A stretch of 64,000 nucleotides of DNA from Nitrospirota bacterium (GCA_963701855.1 CAVPBK010000013.1:41574-105573); one strand, 5' to 3'; positions 29,685-39,916 are shown, numbered from the stretch's first letter. Notes: generated by a model not told the origin, from the letters alone. Numbers and translations are program-made.

Positions 29685-29712
29685 GATGAACGCATGCTAC
29701 CGTCCAACCCCA

Positions 29713-30381
29713 TCAGGGTGCAAGCAGCGGCCCTCCGTCTGGCTCGACCTGAGCCTGAGTCATCCAAGCCACTTCCGTATCGAACAACGTCCAGCGTTGT
29801 CCTTGACGGCGACACCACACGAGAAATCCCGCTCCGCTGCCGTCAGGACGTAGGACTTCGACATACAGCAGCGCATGATCATTGCGGAGGTTTCGCGCCA
29901 CGCGAGAAAACGCCAGACGATCCAAGACCGACGGCGCTTGAACCGGTCTCGCATGAGTCACCGTGGCTGGACGGACTAGAGAGACCTCCGGCTCTTCAAT
30001 AATATCTCCGGTGGCGAGCCGGTAGCCGACACCGAAATGAAACCGTCTTTCAAGTCGGCTTGGTTGCCGGTTGATCACAGTGATTTCTCGAACCAGGTCC
30101 GCCGGCAGATCGCCATCGAAATACTCCTGTTCTTGAAAGGCTCCGATCGTCGTCGGTCCCTCTTGATCCGGAGAAAGGCGGAACTGCGTCGTTCGCTCGA
30201 TCACGACCAACTGAGTTGCTGACGTGAGAAACTTGTTCGCCACCACCTGATCGTACAAGGCATAGTCTTCAACAGGAATGGCATCGGTCTTCTGATTCGA
30301 TTCCGCCACCGCTCCAGGCAGACCGAAAACAACATTCGTGAGAAACACGATTATGATCAAGATCATCAGGCGAATCATCAT
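29713..30381 (-). CDS. Secreted hypothetical protein
   Basis: ATG at 30381 followed by a hydrophobic signal. Confidence 0.65.
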   Translation of the reverse strand: MMIRLMILIIIVFLTNVVFGLPGAVAESNQKTDAIPVEDYALYDQVVANKFLTSATQLVVIERTTQFRLSPDQEGPTTIGAFQEQEYFDGDLPADLVREITVINRQPSRLERRFHFGVGYRLATGDIIEEPEVSLVRPATVTHARPVQAPSVLDRLAFSRVARNLRNDHALLYVEVLRPDGSGAGFLVWCRRQGQRWTLFDTEVAWMTQAQVEPDGGPLLAP

Positions 30382-30488
30382 AAATTGAGCATAGCGTCTG
30401 GTATGAAGATCGGTCAATTCACGAAGTCCGACGTGGACAAGTCGGCGCGAAGCGTGGATAATCCGAAAAACGTATGGAGGGACTTGAT

Positions 30489-31223
30489 GTGCCGAACAAG
30501 ACTCGATTGAACCAATGGCTCTTATGGATCGGAGCGATCGCGCTCTGTCTCGCAACCAGCGGTTGCAAGCCGGACGACTCACCGTTCAAAGCGGAAAATG
30601 AATCACTTCGCAAGCAACTGGTCAAGCAGGAGTCAGTGGTCACCTCGCTGCAGGACGGAAACAAGGTCATGCATCAACAAATCGATCTGCTGAACCAGGA
30701 ACTGCGCGACGCGAAACAATCGGCTGAGAGCGCCAAGGCTGAGGCCAAAGCCGTCGCCGCCGACCTGGCGATACAAGCAGCCCAGGCCAAGAAACTGAGC
30801 GCCGATGTCCAAAAAACCGCAGCGGCTCAGGCGGCGCAAAGTATCCATATCGAGGAGAAGGGAGGCCAAACCGACGAGATCCCCCGCCCCTTGAGTGCCG
30901 TCTTTAAGATGGTGGAAGAAGCCCTCAGCCGCAACGGATACCACATCAAAGTGAGTATCAAGACCGACCAGAAAGCGGTCTACGTGACGGAACGAAAAAT
31001 CTCTCCCCCTACCTCGCTCGAAATCCCCGGTTCACGGAATCAATACGTGCTCTCGCTGCATGCACTCCCCTCGAACATCACCAGGCTCAGCGTCAAGGCC
31101 GATTTCGACAAACTAGCGCAGGGTGGACGTATCCTCAGTGTGAGCGCCGAAGAAGTCGCGGAAATTGAACGGAGCCTCATCAGGGAAATTAACAAGGCTC
31201 TGGCCTCCCCCAACAAAACCTAG
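30489..31223 (+). CDS. Coiled-coil lipoprotein, function unknown
   Basis: GTG after GGAGG; TSGC lipobox; heptad region. Confidence 0.75.
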   Translation: MPNKTRLNQWLLWIGAIALCLATSGCKPDDSPFKAENESLRKQLVKQESVVTSLQDGNKVMHQQIDLLNQELRDAKQSAESAKAEAKAVAADLAIQAAQAKKLSADVQKTAAAQAAQSIHIEEKGGQTDEIPRPLSAVFKMVEEALSRNGYHIKVSIKTDQKAVYVTERKISPPTSLEIPGSRNQYVLSLHALPSNITRLSVKADFDKLAQGGRILSVSAEEVAEIERSLIREINKALASPNKT

Positions 31224-31415
31224 CAGGGTGCTGAAAAAGTCCGCCAGCATCGTTCTCGCATCGCTCAGAGGCTCAACGTACCGAAGCGTACGCCTCGCCT
31301 CTTCGCTCGCTGCGGCCTTGCTGACGGCCATTTTGAGCATCCTGCGAGATGTTTACGCGTCAACGTCACTCTATACAACGGGATTTGAACGCACACCGAG
31401 CTTTTCTACAGCCTG
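31224..31415. repeat. MITE-like repeat B (nested second end at about 31344)
   Basis: CTAG|CAGGGTGCTGAAAAAG ... TTTTGAGCATCCTG ... CTTTTCTACAGCCTG|TTAA. Confidence 0.8.
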
Positions 31416-31538
31416 TTAACGCCCCAATGGTCCATCGATCCGTGAAACGTGGAACCGTGAAAGGTTGCGGAGAAAGAGCGCGCAACAAAATTCCCTTTCC
31501 TTGGTGAGAAGCCAGCCTCGTGCTAGCATTTCTCTCCT

Positions 31539-33101
31539 ATGGCTCTCTCAACCAGCGTGCACGATCTCCGCACCCTCATTCGCTCCTGTCACCCGCTGAT
31601 CGCCATCGAGACGGTGGAAGAGGAACGAGTACTGGCGTTACTGCAATCGGTAGCTGCCCAAGAACGCATGCCACTGTTCGAATGGTCCGTCACCAGAGGA
31701 CTCACCCGGCACGACGATGGACCGACACTCAGTAAAATGACTGCCACGCCTCTCGCGCTCCTCCAGCATCTGCAGGGTCTGACCGTGGAGGCGATCTTCT
31801 GGCTCAAAGACCTCACGCCGCATCTACAAGATGCCGCAGTTGCCCGCCAACTTCGAGAGGTCGCGACAACCTACGATCGTTCGCGTTCCACATGCCTGCT
31901 CACCGGCGATCCCATCGCTCTGCCGCTCGATATCGATAAAATCGTGGTCCGACTCGATCTGCAACTGCCGGATCGAGTCGAACTGCAGTCCATGCTCCAA
32001 AGCGTCCTGGAATCGCTCGGCCCCAGAACCTTGTCCCGCCGCCCACGCTCGACCACCGTCGTGCAAAGCATCCTCAGTTCCATCAGCGACTCCAAAGCGG
32101 CAAACAAGGGCCCTTCGGCCAACGAGCGTGACGCTATCCTCCGCGCCTTGCAGGGACTGACGCTCCATCAAGCACGGCAGGTCATTACGCAATGCGTCGT
32201 CGAAGACGGGACCCTCTCCGCCGATGACGTGCAGAAGATTCTGAAGCGCAAGGTGCAGGCCATCAAAGACGGCGGTCTGCTCGAATACTATCCGCTCGAA
32301 GACAACCAGTTCGAGCTGGGCGGATTCGCTAATCTGAAATCCTGGCTCGAACGTGCGAAAGTCGGTTTTACCACAGAAGCCAAGGCGCTCAATCTCACGC
32401 CCCCCAAAGGCATCATGCTTGTGGGTGTGCCGGGCTGCGGCAAATCGCTGGCCGCGAAGGCCATCGCGCGGGAGTGGCAGCTCCCACTCTTAAAACTCGA
32501 CGCAGGCCGGTTGTTCGATAAATTCGTCGGTGAATCGGAAAAGAACTTCCGCAAGGCGATTGAGACGGCTGAATCGCTTTCTCCCATTGTTCTCTGGATC
32601 GATGAAATCGAAAAGGCGATGGCCGCTGGAGGCGGAAGCGGCGAGGCCGATGCGGGCCTGAGCCGCCGATTGTTCGGCGCATTTCTCACGTGGCTTCAGG
32701 AAAAAAAACAAGAGGTCTTCGTTGTGGCCACCGCCAACAATCTGTCGTTGCTTCCCCCCGAACTCCTTCGCAAAGGCCGATTCGATGAAATATTTTTCGT
32801 GGATCTGCCGGACGATAGCGAGCGGGAATCCATCTGGAAGATTCATCTGGGTCTTCGGAAGCAGGACCCGAAACAGTTCGGCCTGCTCAAGATCGTCAGC
32901 GCCAGCGACGGCTTCAGCGGTTCGGAAATCGAGCAGGCAGTGGTCGCAGCCCTCTATCGCGCACTCCACCAAAAATCACCACTGACGACCGATCTGTTGA
33001 TTGAAGAATTGACCAACACTGTGCCACTCTCCGTGACCCGGCGTGAAGACATCGATCAACTCCGGAAGACGGCCGAAGACCGGTTCGTCAACGTACGGTG
33101 A
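31539..33101 (+). CDS. AAA+ ATPase (Ycf46-like)
   Basis: GVPGCGKS Walker A, LWIDEIEK Walker [20 protein letters not shown]. Confidence 0.92.
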   Translation: MALSTSVHDLRTLIRSCHPLIAIETVEEERVLALLQSVAAQERMPLFEWSVTRGLTRHDDGPTLSKMTATPLALLQHLQGLTVEAIFWLKDLTPHLQDAAVARQLREVATTYDRSRSTCLLTGDPIALPLDIDKIVVRLDLQLPDRVELQSMLQSVLESLGPRTLSRRPRSTTVVQSILSSISDSKAANKGPSANERDAILRALQGLTLHQARQVITQCVVEDGTLSADDVQKILKRKVQAIKDGGLLEYYPLEDNQFELGGFANLKSWLERAKVGFTTEAKALNLTPPKGIMLVGVPGCGKSLAAKAIAREWQLPLLKLDAGRLFDKFVGESEKNFRKAIETAESLSPIVLWIDEIEKAMAAGGGSGEADAGLSRRLFGAFLTWLQEKKQEVFVVATANNLSLLPPELLRKGRFDEIFFVDLPDDSERESIWKIHLGLRKQDPKQFGLLKIVSASDGFSGSEIEQAVVAALYRALHQKSPLTTDLLIEELTNTVPLSVTRREDIDQLRKTAEDRFVNVR

Positions 33102-33105
33102 GGCG

Positions 33106-33774
33106 ATGCGATTCCTCTTCATCATGACCACTATCGCAGTCGTGTCGCTCGTGGGCTGTGTCACGCGACCGATCGAACGTCCGCCCGCTTCGCTACCAAT
33201 AGAGCGCCCCTGTTGTCGATCCGTTGAACTTGCGCCGAGCCGGAGCGCGATCGTACGGACAGCGGCCAAACTCGTGGGCGCCAAAACGATTGAAAGCAAC
33301 GGCAGGCACATCGCCTACGACTGCGCAGGGGTAACCCGTGCAGTCTTTCTCAGGCACGGGATCGATCTCTATGACAGTGACCTAATTGACTCTCACGCCA
33401 ACGGCGTCCGGATCATCCATGCACATATCCGGCAACAAGGTGCGTTCCACCAGGGACCAGTCGCCCACCCAGGCGATCTCATCTTCTTCGACAATACATG
33501 GGACTACAATGGGGATGGCAAGGTGAACGACCCACTGACGCACGTTGGGATCGTCGAGCGGCAGGAGCCGGATGGTACCGTAGTCTTCATCAGTCGCGTA
33601 GCCGGCGCCGTCGAACGCTACCATATGAATATCAGCCTGCCTCACGTCCACAAGACCGCAGACGGCCGAATCCTCAACGACTATCTTCGCCGCAAGGATG
33701 CCTTCGACCAGGACGACACCAACTACCTCACAGGGGAGCTCTTTGCGCAGTTCGCCACTCGGGTGGGAAATTAG
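33106..33774 (+). CDS. NlpC/P60/CHAP-family lipoprotein
   Basis: LVGC lipobox, YDCAG, PGDLIFFDNT, THVGIV. Confidence 0.85.
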   Translation: MRFLFIMTTIAVVSLVGCVTRPIERPPASLPIERPCCRSVELAPSRSAIVRTAAKLVGAKTIESNGRHIAYDCAGVTRAVFLRHGIDLYDSDLIDSHANGVRIIHAHIRQQGAFHQGPVAHPGDLIFFDNTWDYNGDGKVNDPLTHVGIVERQEPDGTVVFISRVAGAVERYHMNISLPHVHKTADGRILNDYLRRKDAFDQDDTNYLTGELFAQFATRVGN

Positions 33775-33894
33775 CAGGACGCTGAAAAATCTTGCTGGTC
33801 TATCTCGTCTGTTCGGTCTGTCTGGTTCATTTAGTTGAACCAGATAAACGAGATAGACCAGAAAACCAGATGGACCAGACAGACCGGGCTTGTG
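33775..33894. repeat. MITE-like repeat C (one terminal repeat visible)
   Basis: TTAG|CAGGACGCTGAAAAA, 9-nt periodic hairpin, ends with the reverse complement of CACAAGCCCGGTCTGTCTGGTC seen in repeat A. Confidence 0.7.
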
Positions 33895-33913
33895 GCCCTG
33901 CTACACTTACCGT

Positions 33914-34348
33914 ATGGCTTCACTGCGACCATGTAATCCTACTGCCCATACCGATCCACTACGCCACACCATGATGGAGGTACACCAGAAGCTCTTGTCC
34001 CTCTATAGCGCATTGATTGTGGCAGAGCGACTCACCTACGAACGCATCCACGGCCGCGTCGGCTCGACGGACAAGCTCATCCAGTTGCTGCTGAACGATC
34101 CCTGGTTCACGTGGCTCTGCCCCCTGCTGGATCTACTGCTCCGGATCGATCAACTCCTGGCCGACGACGCGTTTGACATCACCCATGAAAATGTCGAACA
34201 TCTTGTGGCCGAGGTGCGCACCTTGACCCGCCCATCTATCGAGGGCGATGGATTCGAGCGCGCCTATTACGAGGCTCTCAATCGAGCCCCTGAAGTGGTG
34301 CTTGCCCACTTCAACGTCACGCGCGTCCTACTGGCAGAAGCGGCCTAA
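33914..34348 (+). CDS. Hypothetical helical protein, paralogue 1
   Basis: Collinear with 34633..35064 (TYERIxGRV, LNDPWFTWL, EGDGFERxYYEAL). Confidence 0.85.
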   Translation: MASLRPCNPTAHTDPLRHTMMEVHQKLLSLYSALIVAERLTYERIHGRVGSTDKLIQLLLNDPWFTWLCPLLDLLLRIDQLLADDAFDITHENVEHLVAEVRTLTRPSIEGDGFERAYYEALNRAPEVVLAHFNVTRVLLAEAA

Positions 34349-34407
34349 CCCCGTCCACCTCAAGCCACTCGGCCTCTTACCTGTCCCCTTTCTTCACACG
34401 ACACTAC

Positions 34408-34526
34408 CAGGCCGCAGCGAGTGGATCAGGTTGAGGTCAAGGTTGAGCGAAGATCAGACTCTTTCGACCTCAGCCTTGACCTGAGCCTTAACCTTCCAGA
34501 AAGCTGGCGATCTTTTCTACAGCCTG
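34408..34526. repeat. MITE-like repeat D
   Basis: 6-nt periodic hairpin (AGGTTGAGGTCAAGGTTGAG / CTCAGCCTTGACCTGAGCCT); end CTTTTCTACAGCCTG identical to repeat B. Confidence 0.7.
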
Positions 34527-34632
34527 CTAAAGCACAGGTCTGGATATGCCGATATCAAAACCATAACAAGTATTGATCTCCCATCGAATACCAGGGATCA
34601 CCATTTTTTAAATAACCTGCTACAGTTATTTT

Positions 34633-35064
34633 ATGGCGCATGTATCGCAGAAGAACTCGGCCAGAAAATCCTGCCCTCTACGCAAGAAAATCCTCGGCTT
34701 GCGGAGCAGCCTTTTGAGTCTCCACAAGGCCCTCATCCTGGCAGAACAAGTGACCTACGAACGTATCAATGGCCGTGTCGAGTCAACCAGCCAACTGCTG
34801 CAATTAGTGTTGAACGATCCTTGGTTTACCTGGCTTCACCCCCTATCTCAGCTGGTGGTTCGTATCGATGAACTTCTGGATGACGAGTCCGAGCTATCGC
34901 TCGTTGAGGTAGAGCACTTTCTGATAGAAGCACGAACCCTCATCCGTCCTTCAGAGGAAGGAGACGGTTTCGAACGGAGTTACTACGAAGCCCTCCAGCG
35001 GGAGCCCGACGTCATCTTCGCCCACGTCGAAGTGAAGAGCCTTCTTACCAAAGTCGCCGCGTAA
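34633..35064 (+). CDS. Hypothetical helical protein, paralogue 2
   Basis: Shares the motifs listed for paralogue 1. Confidence 0.85.
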   Translation: MAHVSQKNSARKSCPLRKKILGLRSSLLSLHKALILAEQVTYERINGRVESTSQLLQLVLNDPWFTWLHPLSQLVVRIDELLDDESELSLVEVEHFLIEARTLIRPSEEGDGFERSYYEALQREPDVIFAHVEVKSLLTKVAA

Positions 35065-35132
35065 TGCTCTGAAATACTCGCACCTCTCCTATCTCCTGAG
35101 CCGCTCTAGCCTTCCTCTGAAACAATGCCCCG

Positions 35133-35253
35133 CAGGATGTTCAAACTGGTTTGTTTTGTTCATCTGGTTAGTTTCGGTTAACCAAACAAACGAGAGAAAC
35201 CAGACAAACCAAATAACGGTCTTCTTGCGCTGGCGGATTTTTTCAGCACCCTG
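35133..35253. repeat. MITE-like repeat E
   Basis: CAGGATGTTCAAA ... AAACCAAATAACG ... TTTTTCAGCACCCTG|CTAA; interior resembles repeat A. Confidence 0.75.
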
Positions 35254-35319
35254 CTAATTCAAAGAATCAAGTTTTTCTTGCCTGTACCGATACGTAAAGT
35301 AGACTCATGTACGGAGATT

Positions 35320-35691
35320 ATGGCTATGCAACCACGATGTCGCCTGCGAGTCCCCGTCGGCTACCCTGCGAGTATTCAAAGCGACATCGGCGCCGGAGAA
35401 GGAGTCTTGCTCGACCTCTCACCCGCTGGCTGCAGGATGCGTAGCGACATCGCGCTGAATGCGGGAACCTATCTCACACTGCGGATTGCTGTTGCGCAGG
35501 ACCCAACCCCCCTGGCCGTGGAAGTCTCGGTCGTTCGCTGGTGCAAAGACGGGAACTTCGGAGTAGAGTTTCTACGGTACAGTCAGGGAGACCGTGAACG
35601 AGTCACAAATCTTGTCGAACCCCTGCCACAAACCGAAATACCTGCCTATCTTGATCACGCAACGTTGACGCTGACCACCGTCGGCCCTTAA
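35320..35691 (+). CDS. Single PilZ-domain protein
   Basis: QPRCRLR (RxxxR-like) and DLSPAG motifs, VRW..FGVEF. Confidence 0.85.
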   Translation: MAMQPRCRLRVPVGYPASIQSDIGAGEGVLLDLSPAGCRMRSDIALNAGTYLTLRIAVAQDPTPLAVEVSVVRWCKDGNFGVEFLRYSQGDRERVTNLVEPLPQTEIPAYLDHATLTLTTVGP

Positions 35692-35938
35692 TCCCCATTA
35701 TTCATGAACGCTTCTACGGCAATCACAGATTCGCCGCTCTTGTCCATGAAACGTCGTTCGTGAAGCATGACGCAGGATGGAGTGTGCTTCTCTACAGCGG
35801 CGTATGCGAGATACGAACGGCGGAAAAATTGTTTGTCAAAACAGACACGTAATCTACTCAGATATTCCAAAAACACGAAAGCGACCGGCCCGTAAGGACC
35901 GATCGCCTCAGTTCGAGTTACCCTCGCGACGTTATCGA

Positions 35939-36253
35939 TTAGTTCTTCTCGTGCTTGTCACCATCTTCGTGCTTGTCCTTGTCATCATGCTTCTCCCGAT
36001 CTTTGTGCTTCCCGCGGCCTTTATGCTCACCATCTTTCCGGTGCTCTCCGCTCTTGCCTCTCTCGCGATGCTCTTTTTTCATCTTGCCATGCTTCTCTTT
36101 GTGTCCTTCGCCCTTGGGCGCTTCCATCGATGGAGCAGGAGCGGTTGCCGGTGGGACGGTTGGAGCCGGAGTCGGTTCCGGCGCTTGGGCCAAGACACTT
36201 GTAAAAGCATACAACACTGCGGCAGCCGTCAATGAAGCCACTGTTTTGGTCAT
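35939..36253 (-). CDS. Secreted low-complexity His/Lys-rich protein
   Basis: GGAGG RBS, signal (VLA|Q), Pro/Ala linker, KHGK/HKD-rich tail. Confidence 0.75.
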   Translation of the reverse strand: MTKTVASLTAAAVLYAFTSVLAQAPEPTPAPTVPPATAPAPSMEAPKGEGHKEKHGKMKKEHRERGKSGEHRKDGEHKGRGKHKDREKHDDKDKHEDGDKHEKN

Positions 36254-36598
36254 GCAAATCCTCCCTGGGTTAGATTCAAGTATGCGGTGTCACCCACTTC
36301 TTGGCCTCACCCTCGCAAGGCCGATGCCACAGTGAGGGAAGAAAATGGCCCATTTCCCCCTTACAACTGGGGTGTGTCTTGGCTGTTCAAGCAATTCGTA
36401 CAGAAGCTGAGGCGAGATGGCTGGTTTACCCTCCATCTCGCCTCAGGCCTGTCGCAGAGATTCCAACATCATACAACCTGAAGTCACAGACCTCGCCCCG
36501 TGCGTTGGCCGCAGTAGTTGTAGTTAACGTGGGCCTCTGTGCGGGCCTGCTATGCTTACTTAGGTAGACCGAACCCATTTCCGACAAAGGAGGCACCG

Positions 36599-36991
36599 AT
36601 GAAAGGACGACACTGGATCACGCTCGGCAGTCTGGCACTCACTCTCATGGCAATACAGCAGCCCGCCTTTGCACAGAACGGCAATGCGGGGGGAGGAGAG
36701 GTACGGGAAGACCGCAGCGACCTGCGTCAAGATCAGCGAGACATTCGAGAAGATCGCCGCGACATCCGCAAGGATCATAGAGACCTCCAGGGTGATCGAC
36801 GAGATCTCCGGCAGGATGTTCAATCAGGAGCGAGTCAGGAACAGATCGCGCAAGATCGGCGAAACATTCGCCAAGGTCGGCAGGATCTTCGGAAAGATCA
36901 TCGGGATCTTCGGCATGATGGCCAAGACCGGCGTGGAGACCGGCGAGACCTACGGCACGATATGGCTGGCCGAAAAGGCCACAGCCGTTAA
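36599..36991 (+). CDS. Secreted heptad-repeat (DxRDLRx) protein
   Basis: AAGGAGG RBS, signal (AFA|Q), about 11 seven-residue repeats. Confidence 0.8.
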   Translation: MKGRHWITLGSLALTLMAIQQPAFAQNGNAGGGEVREDRSDLRQDQRDIREDRRDIRKDHRDLQGDRRDLRQDVQSGASQEQIAQDRRNIRQGRQDLRKDHRDLRHDGQDRRGDRRDLRHDMAGRKGHSR

Positions 36992-37008
36992 GTATTTACG
37001 GGCAAGAG

Positions 37009-37044
37009 AAGCCGGCAACAGCTTCGGTTGTTGCCGGCTTTTTT
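37009..37044 (+). terminator. Rho-independent terminator
   Basis: AAGCCGGCAACAGC-TTCG-GTTGTTGCCGGCTT-TTTT. Confidence 0.85.
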
Positions 37045-37204
37045 ACGGAGAAATTGCAGCATTCAGGTGTTCAGGCTGAAGGCTGAAGTGTGGAAACTAT
37101 ACATGGTCTCGCAAGACACGAATTGAGCCATTCAAGGCATTCTTAGTTTCCACGACCTTACCCCAAAACCCCTCAGCCTATTTACCTGAGTCCGGCACGG
37201 TCCA

Positions 37205-37642
37205 TCACATCCGCCCTTCATCAAGCTCGATCACATCGGCCCAGGTAGAGACAGAAGGAAGAGACGCGACCGGTACGCCGCGCTTCATTGCAATGTCTTG
37301 AACGCGCCCCTGGAATCGCTGGCGTGCCGCATCGTCTTTGGGGCCTGAAGTCAGGAGTCCCTGGCTCCATTCCGCAATTTCTTGGTCAGACGGTTTTCGA
37401 CTGTTGGCCTTCACCCAGGCGAGCAATTCCTCATCCGTTCCGCTAGCTAATACCCGCTGCTCAAACGCTTTCGGATCGATCTGCAGAAAATCGACCAGGT
37501 ACTTATCAAACCCCACCGTGATGTAGTTGTAGTCCTGAATCTTGCCTGCATGCCGCAAACGAATCTTGTCGATAAACCGCCCCAGATGGGCAATGCCACC
37601 GAGGAGGGATTTGGGACTGCGGGGGTAGGTTGGTTGTGCCAT
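37205..37642 (-). CDS. DUF5069-like protein
   Basis: YPRSP..LGGIAHLGRFIDKIR..DY..D..IELDEGR. Confidence 0.8.
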   Translation of the reverse strand: MAQPTYPRSPKSLLGGIAHLGRFIDKIRLRHAGKIQDYNYITVGFDKYLVDFLQIDPKAFEQRVLASGTDEELLAWVKANSRKPSDQEIAEWSQGLLTSGPKDDAARQRFQGRVQDIAMKRGVPVASLPSVSTWADVIELDEGRM

Positions 37643-37702
37643 AATAGTTTCTCCAGAATTGTGGTTGCCCAAAACATACAGATGAGGACGAGAGAAGTCT
37701 AG

Positions 37703-37988
37703 AAGGCTGCGGAAAGCTCGGCTTATACGCAAATCGCCGTTGGAAAGCGTTCATGTGGAACTGATGCTCAAATAATGCAGGGTGCTCAAAAGGGCCGTCC
37801 AGCAAGGCCGCAGTGAGCGAAGAGGCGAGGAGGTACAGCCCGCACTTCGTGTAGTCGTTTGCCCTTTTCAATAGTTCTTGGCAAACGGAAAAGCCCCTCA
37901 CGTGTTTCCGATCTCCGAGGGAGTTTCTCTCATCGTTGAGCCTCTGAGCGATGCGAGAACGATGCTGGCGGTCTTTTTCAGCATCCTG
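37703..37988. repeat. MITE-like repeat F (inverted relative of B with a ~100-nt central insert)
   Basis: Contains CGTTGAGCCTCTGAGCGATGCGAGAACGATGCTGGCGG and CAGCAAGGCCGCAG, reverse complements of repeat B segments. Confidence 0.8.
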
Positions 37989-38059
37989 CCAGGAGGGACG
38001 ACGAGCGTTGGTGCGCCGCAGCTGCTCCCCACCTCCCGGAACGACTCTCGTGGGCTCGG

Positions 38060-38130
38060 CCGAGTGGAAGCCTTCTGGAATTCCCTCAGCTGCGATCTTT
38101 CGATCGCAGCACTTCAGTCAATTCCGGCTT
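38060..38130 (+). repeat. Left copy of an inverted repeat pair (partner 40851..40921)
   Basis: CCGAGTGGAAGCCTTCTGGAATTCCCTCAGCTGCGATCTTTCGATCGCAGCACTTCAGTCA; about 8 differences over 70 nt. Confidence 0.85.
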
Positions 38131-38491
38131 TCCCAGCGCGCATGATCCATGAGGGCTCTACTGCAACTGCGGACACGCCGCTACGACAAACCAGTATGCT
38201 CATAGTCTACATACTGGCGGGCGGGCTTGCCCCTCCCGACCTCAACGTACTGCTTCGAGTACGCCTCGGCCTCTCGGGGCTCCACGCGCCCGTCTCGCTT
38301 GGCGTCTCCACAGTTTCGTCACGAGTCTCCATGAATCATGCGCGCCAGCCGCGCCTCGATGGCCCCCCGTTCTTCCGGTGAGGTCGTGCGGCAGCATGCC
38401 AGCGCTCGGAGCAATCAACGGTTCGTGGAATCCTTTTCATTGCTTGGAACCTATTCTTTGCCGAGCGCCATTCTTACGCACACATTTGCAG

Positions 38492-38556
38492 GTTTAACGT
38501 TTGATCTCAGCTGAGTGCGGAGACCATAGCACGTCGGCTGGAGCGAAGAGTTGGGC
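38492..38556 (-). other. Integron attC site (cassette 3)
   Basis: GCCCAAC-tcttcgctccagccga...cagctgagatcaaac-GTTAAAC, 1 nt after the stop codon. Confidence 0.8.
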
Positions 38557-38557
38557 G

Positions 38558-39091
38558 TCATAACTCTTCCGGCCGAACAATTCGTCCAGCCCCAAGTGCG
38601 AGCAAGCGTGGTTGCTTTGTGGCCTTGAGAAAATTGCTATCCGAAGTGACGAAGATGTTATTCTGGTAGTGCAAGTGACACCACATAGATTGCACGTCAC
38701 AGATTCGATTCAGCCACCTTGCGACTTCGGGTGAGTTATCCGATTCGGCCGTGATGTCGATTGCCAGCAATTCGCCGAAGAGGATGTCTTCAATCGCCTT
38801 GGCTTGCGCGGACATCTGCTCATCGGACCATAGCCCGTGATCCCAGAACGTGACATCCCAAATCATCATCGGAGCGAGTCGCGGCAGCGAGTCGATACCG
38901 GCCTGCTGTAGGAGCTGCTCGAAGAGGTCGTAGCGATCGGGCTTGATGCCGCGCTGGCGCATCTCAGACGCGCCGACTTCAACGACGAATGCTTGGTGTG
39001 ATCCGTCCGCTATGGCCTTGCGCACTCGCTCGATTCTGGGCGAGCAGTTTGCGAGGTCGATGACGACGTTGTGATCGAGCGTGAGTTTCAT
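38558..39091 (-). CDS. Cassette 3 gene: PIN-domain-like protein
   Basis: ATG 3 nt after the GTTATGT core; LTLDHNVVIDL, E, D and IFVTSDSNF acidic PIN pattern. Confidence 0.7.
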   Translation of the reverse strand: MKLTLDHNVVIDLANCSPRIERVRKAIADGSHQAFVVEVGASEMRQRGIKPDRYDLFEQLLQQAGIDSLPRLAPMMIWDVTFWDHGLWSDEQMSAQAKAIEDILFGELLAIDITAESDNSPEVARWLNRICDVQSMWCHLHYQNNIFVTSDSNFLKATKQPRLLALGAGRIVRPEEL

Positions 39092-39094
39092 GAC

Positions 39095-39182
39095 ACATAA
39101 CGGCCTGTGTGAGCTGCAGCGATCGCATCTCTTCCAATCAAACGACACCCGCGGCCCCTGCCAGCTCCAATCACTTTTAGGG
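39095..39182 (-). other. Integron attC site (cassette 2), degenerate R''
   Basis: CCCTAAA-agtgattggagctg...cagctcacacaggcc-GTTATGT; overlaps the TAA stop. Confidence 0.7.
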
Positions 39183-39908
39183 TGCCACCTCAGGTAGAGC
39201 GGCATCCATTACGATCAGCTGTCGGTCCTCGCGGAACTCTCTGAAGATCAGGAGCCGTCGTGCCGGTTCGCATGGATCGTTTCCTGAGAACGGCACCATT
39301 TTCGTTCGTGCCATGTGAGCACTTGCCTCTGTGAGCATCAATCGTTCGACATCGCCAGTCGGAAAGTCTTGCCAGATAAGCCAGAACTTCTCTCCATTCG
39401 GCAGGAGCTTCGATCCAACCAAGTGCGTCTGATGGGGCCATCCAGGCCAGTCTGCATCTTGGACCTCCTGACCAGAAAAGAGGCACGAGACGATGACCGA
39501 TCGTCCAGATGCCGGTGGAACGACCCAAGTAATGTCGTTTCGGGAGCCTGAGAGGGAACTTTTGGGAAAAGGCTTGAGCTCACTTGCGGGAATCACGAAC
39601 TGGAGTGGCGTGATGACGCAAGAGCCGACGTGAGTGGCGCGTGTCCATCTGCTCTGATGTCGCGAACCTCCCATAGCGTTTACCGCATCCGATTCTTTTC
39701 TGGCGAACTGCTCAGTCAGACCAGCAAGGCATTCCCCTGACGCATGCAAACTGATCTTGCACCCTCCAGCGATTCCACGCATTGCGGCGTATATGTCGCT
39801 CTTTCCGGCAGGGCTCCAGACGCGCAAAGTTCCTGAGGTGGGCAGCCCCTCCTGCCCAACAACCAGTCGAGCCACGAACTCATCTTGAGGTACGGACGCC
39901 TGTGTCAC
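39177..39908 (-). CDS. Cassette 2 gene: hypothetical protein (start GTG 39908 or 39917)
   Basis: Open frame filling the space between two attC sites; RVWS..DIY..R..KISLHASG motif. Confidence 0.75.
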   Translation of the reverse strand: MTQASVPQDEFVARLVVGQEGLPTSGTLRVWSPAGKSDIYAAMRGIAGGCKISLHASGECLAGLTEQFARKESDAVNAMGGSRHQSRWTRATHVGSCVITPLQFVIPASELKPFPKSSLSGSRNDITWVVPPASGRSVIVSCLFSGQEVQDADWPGWPHQTHLVGSKLLPNGEKFWLIWQDFPTGDVERLMLTEASAHMARTKMVPFSGNDPCEPARRLLIFREFREDRQLIVMDAALPEVAP

Positions 39909-39916
39909 GAGTGTCA

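Noticed and set aside
28683..30002. 439-aa plus-strand ORF
   Set aside because: It is antisense to three better-supported genes and runs through a repeat; a shadow ORF.
37878..38381. 167-aa ORF
   Set aside because: Composed largely of repeat-element sequence; no protein-family features.
38380..38491. Fourth integron cassette after GTTAAAC
   Set aside because: Only a short ORF with no closing attC; it runs into repeat sequence.
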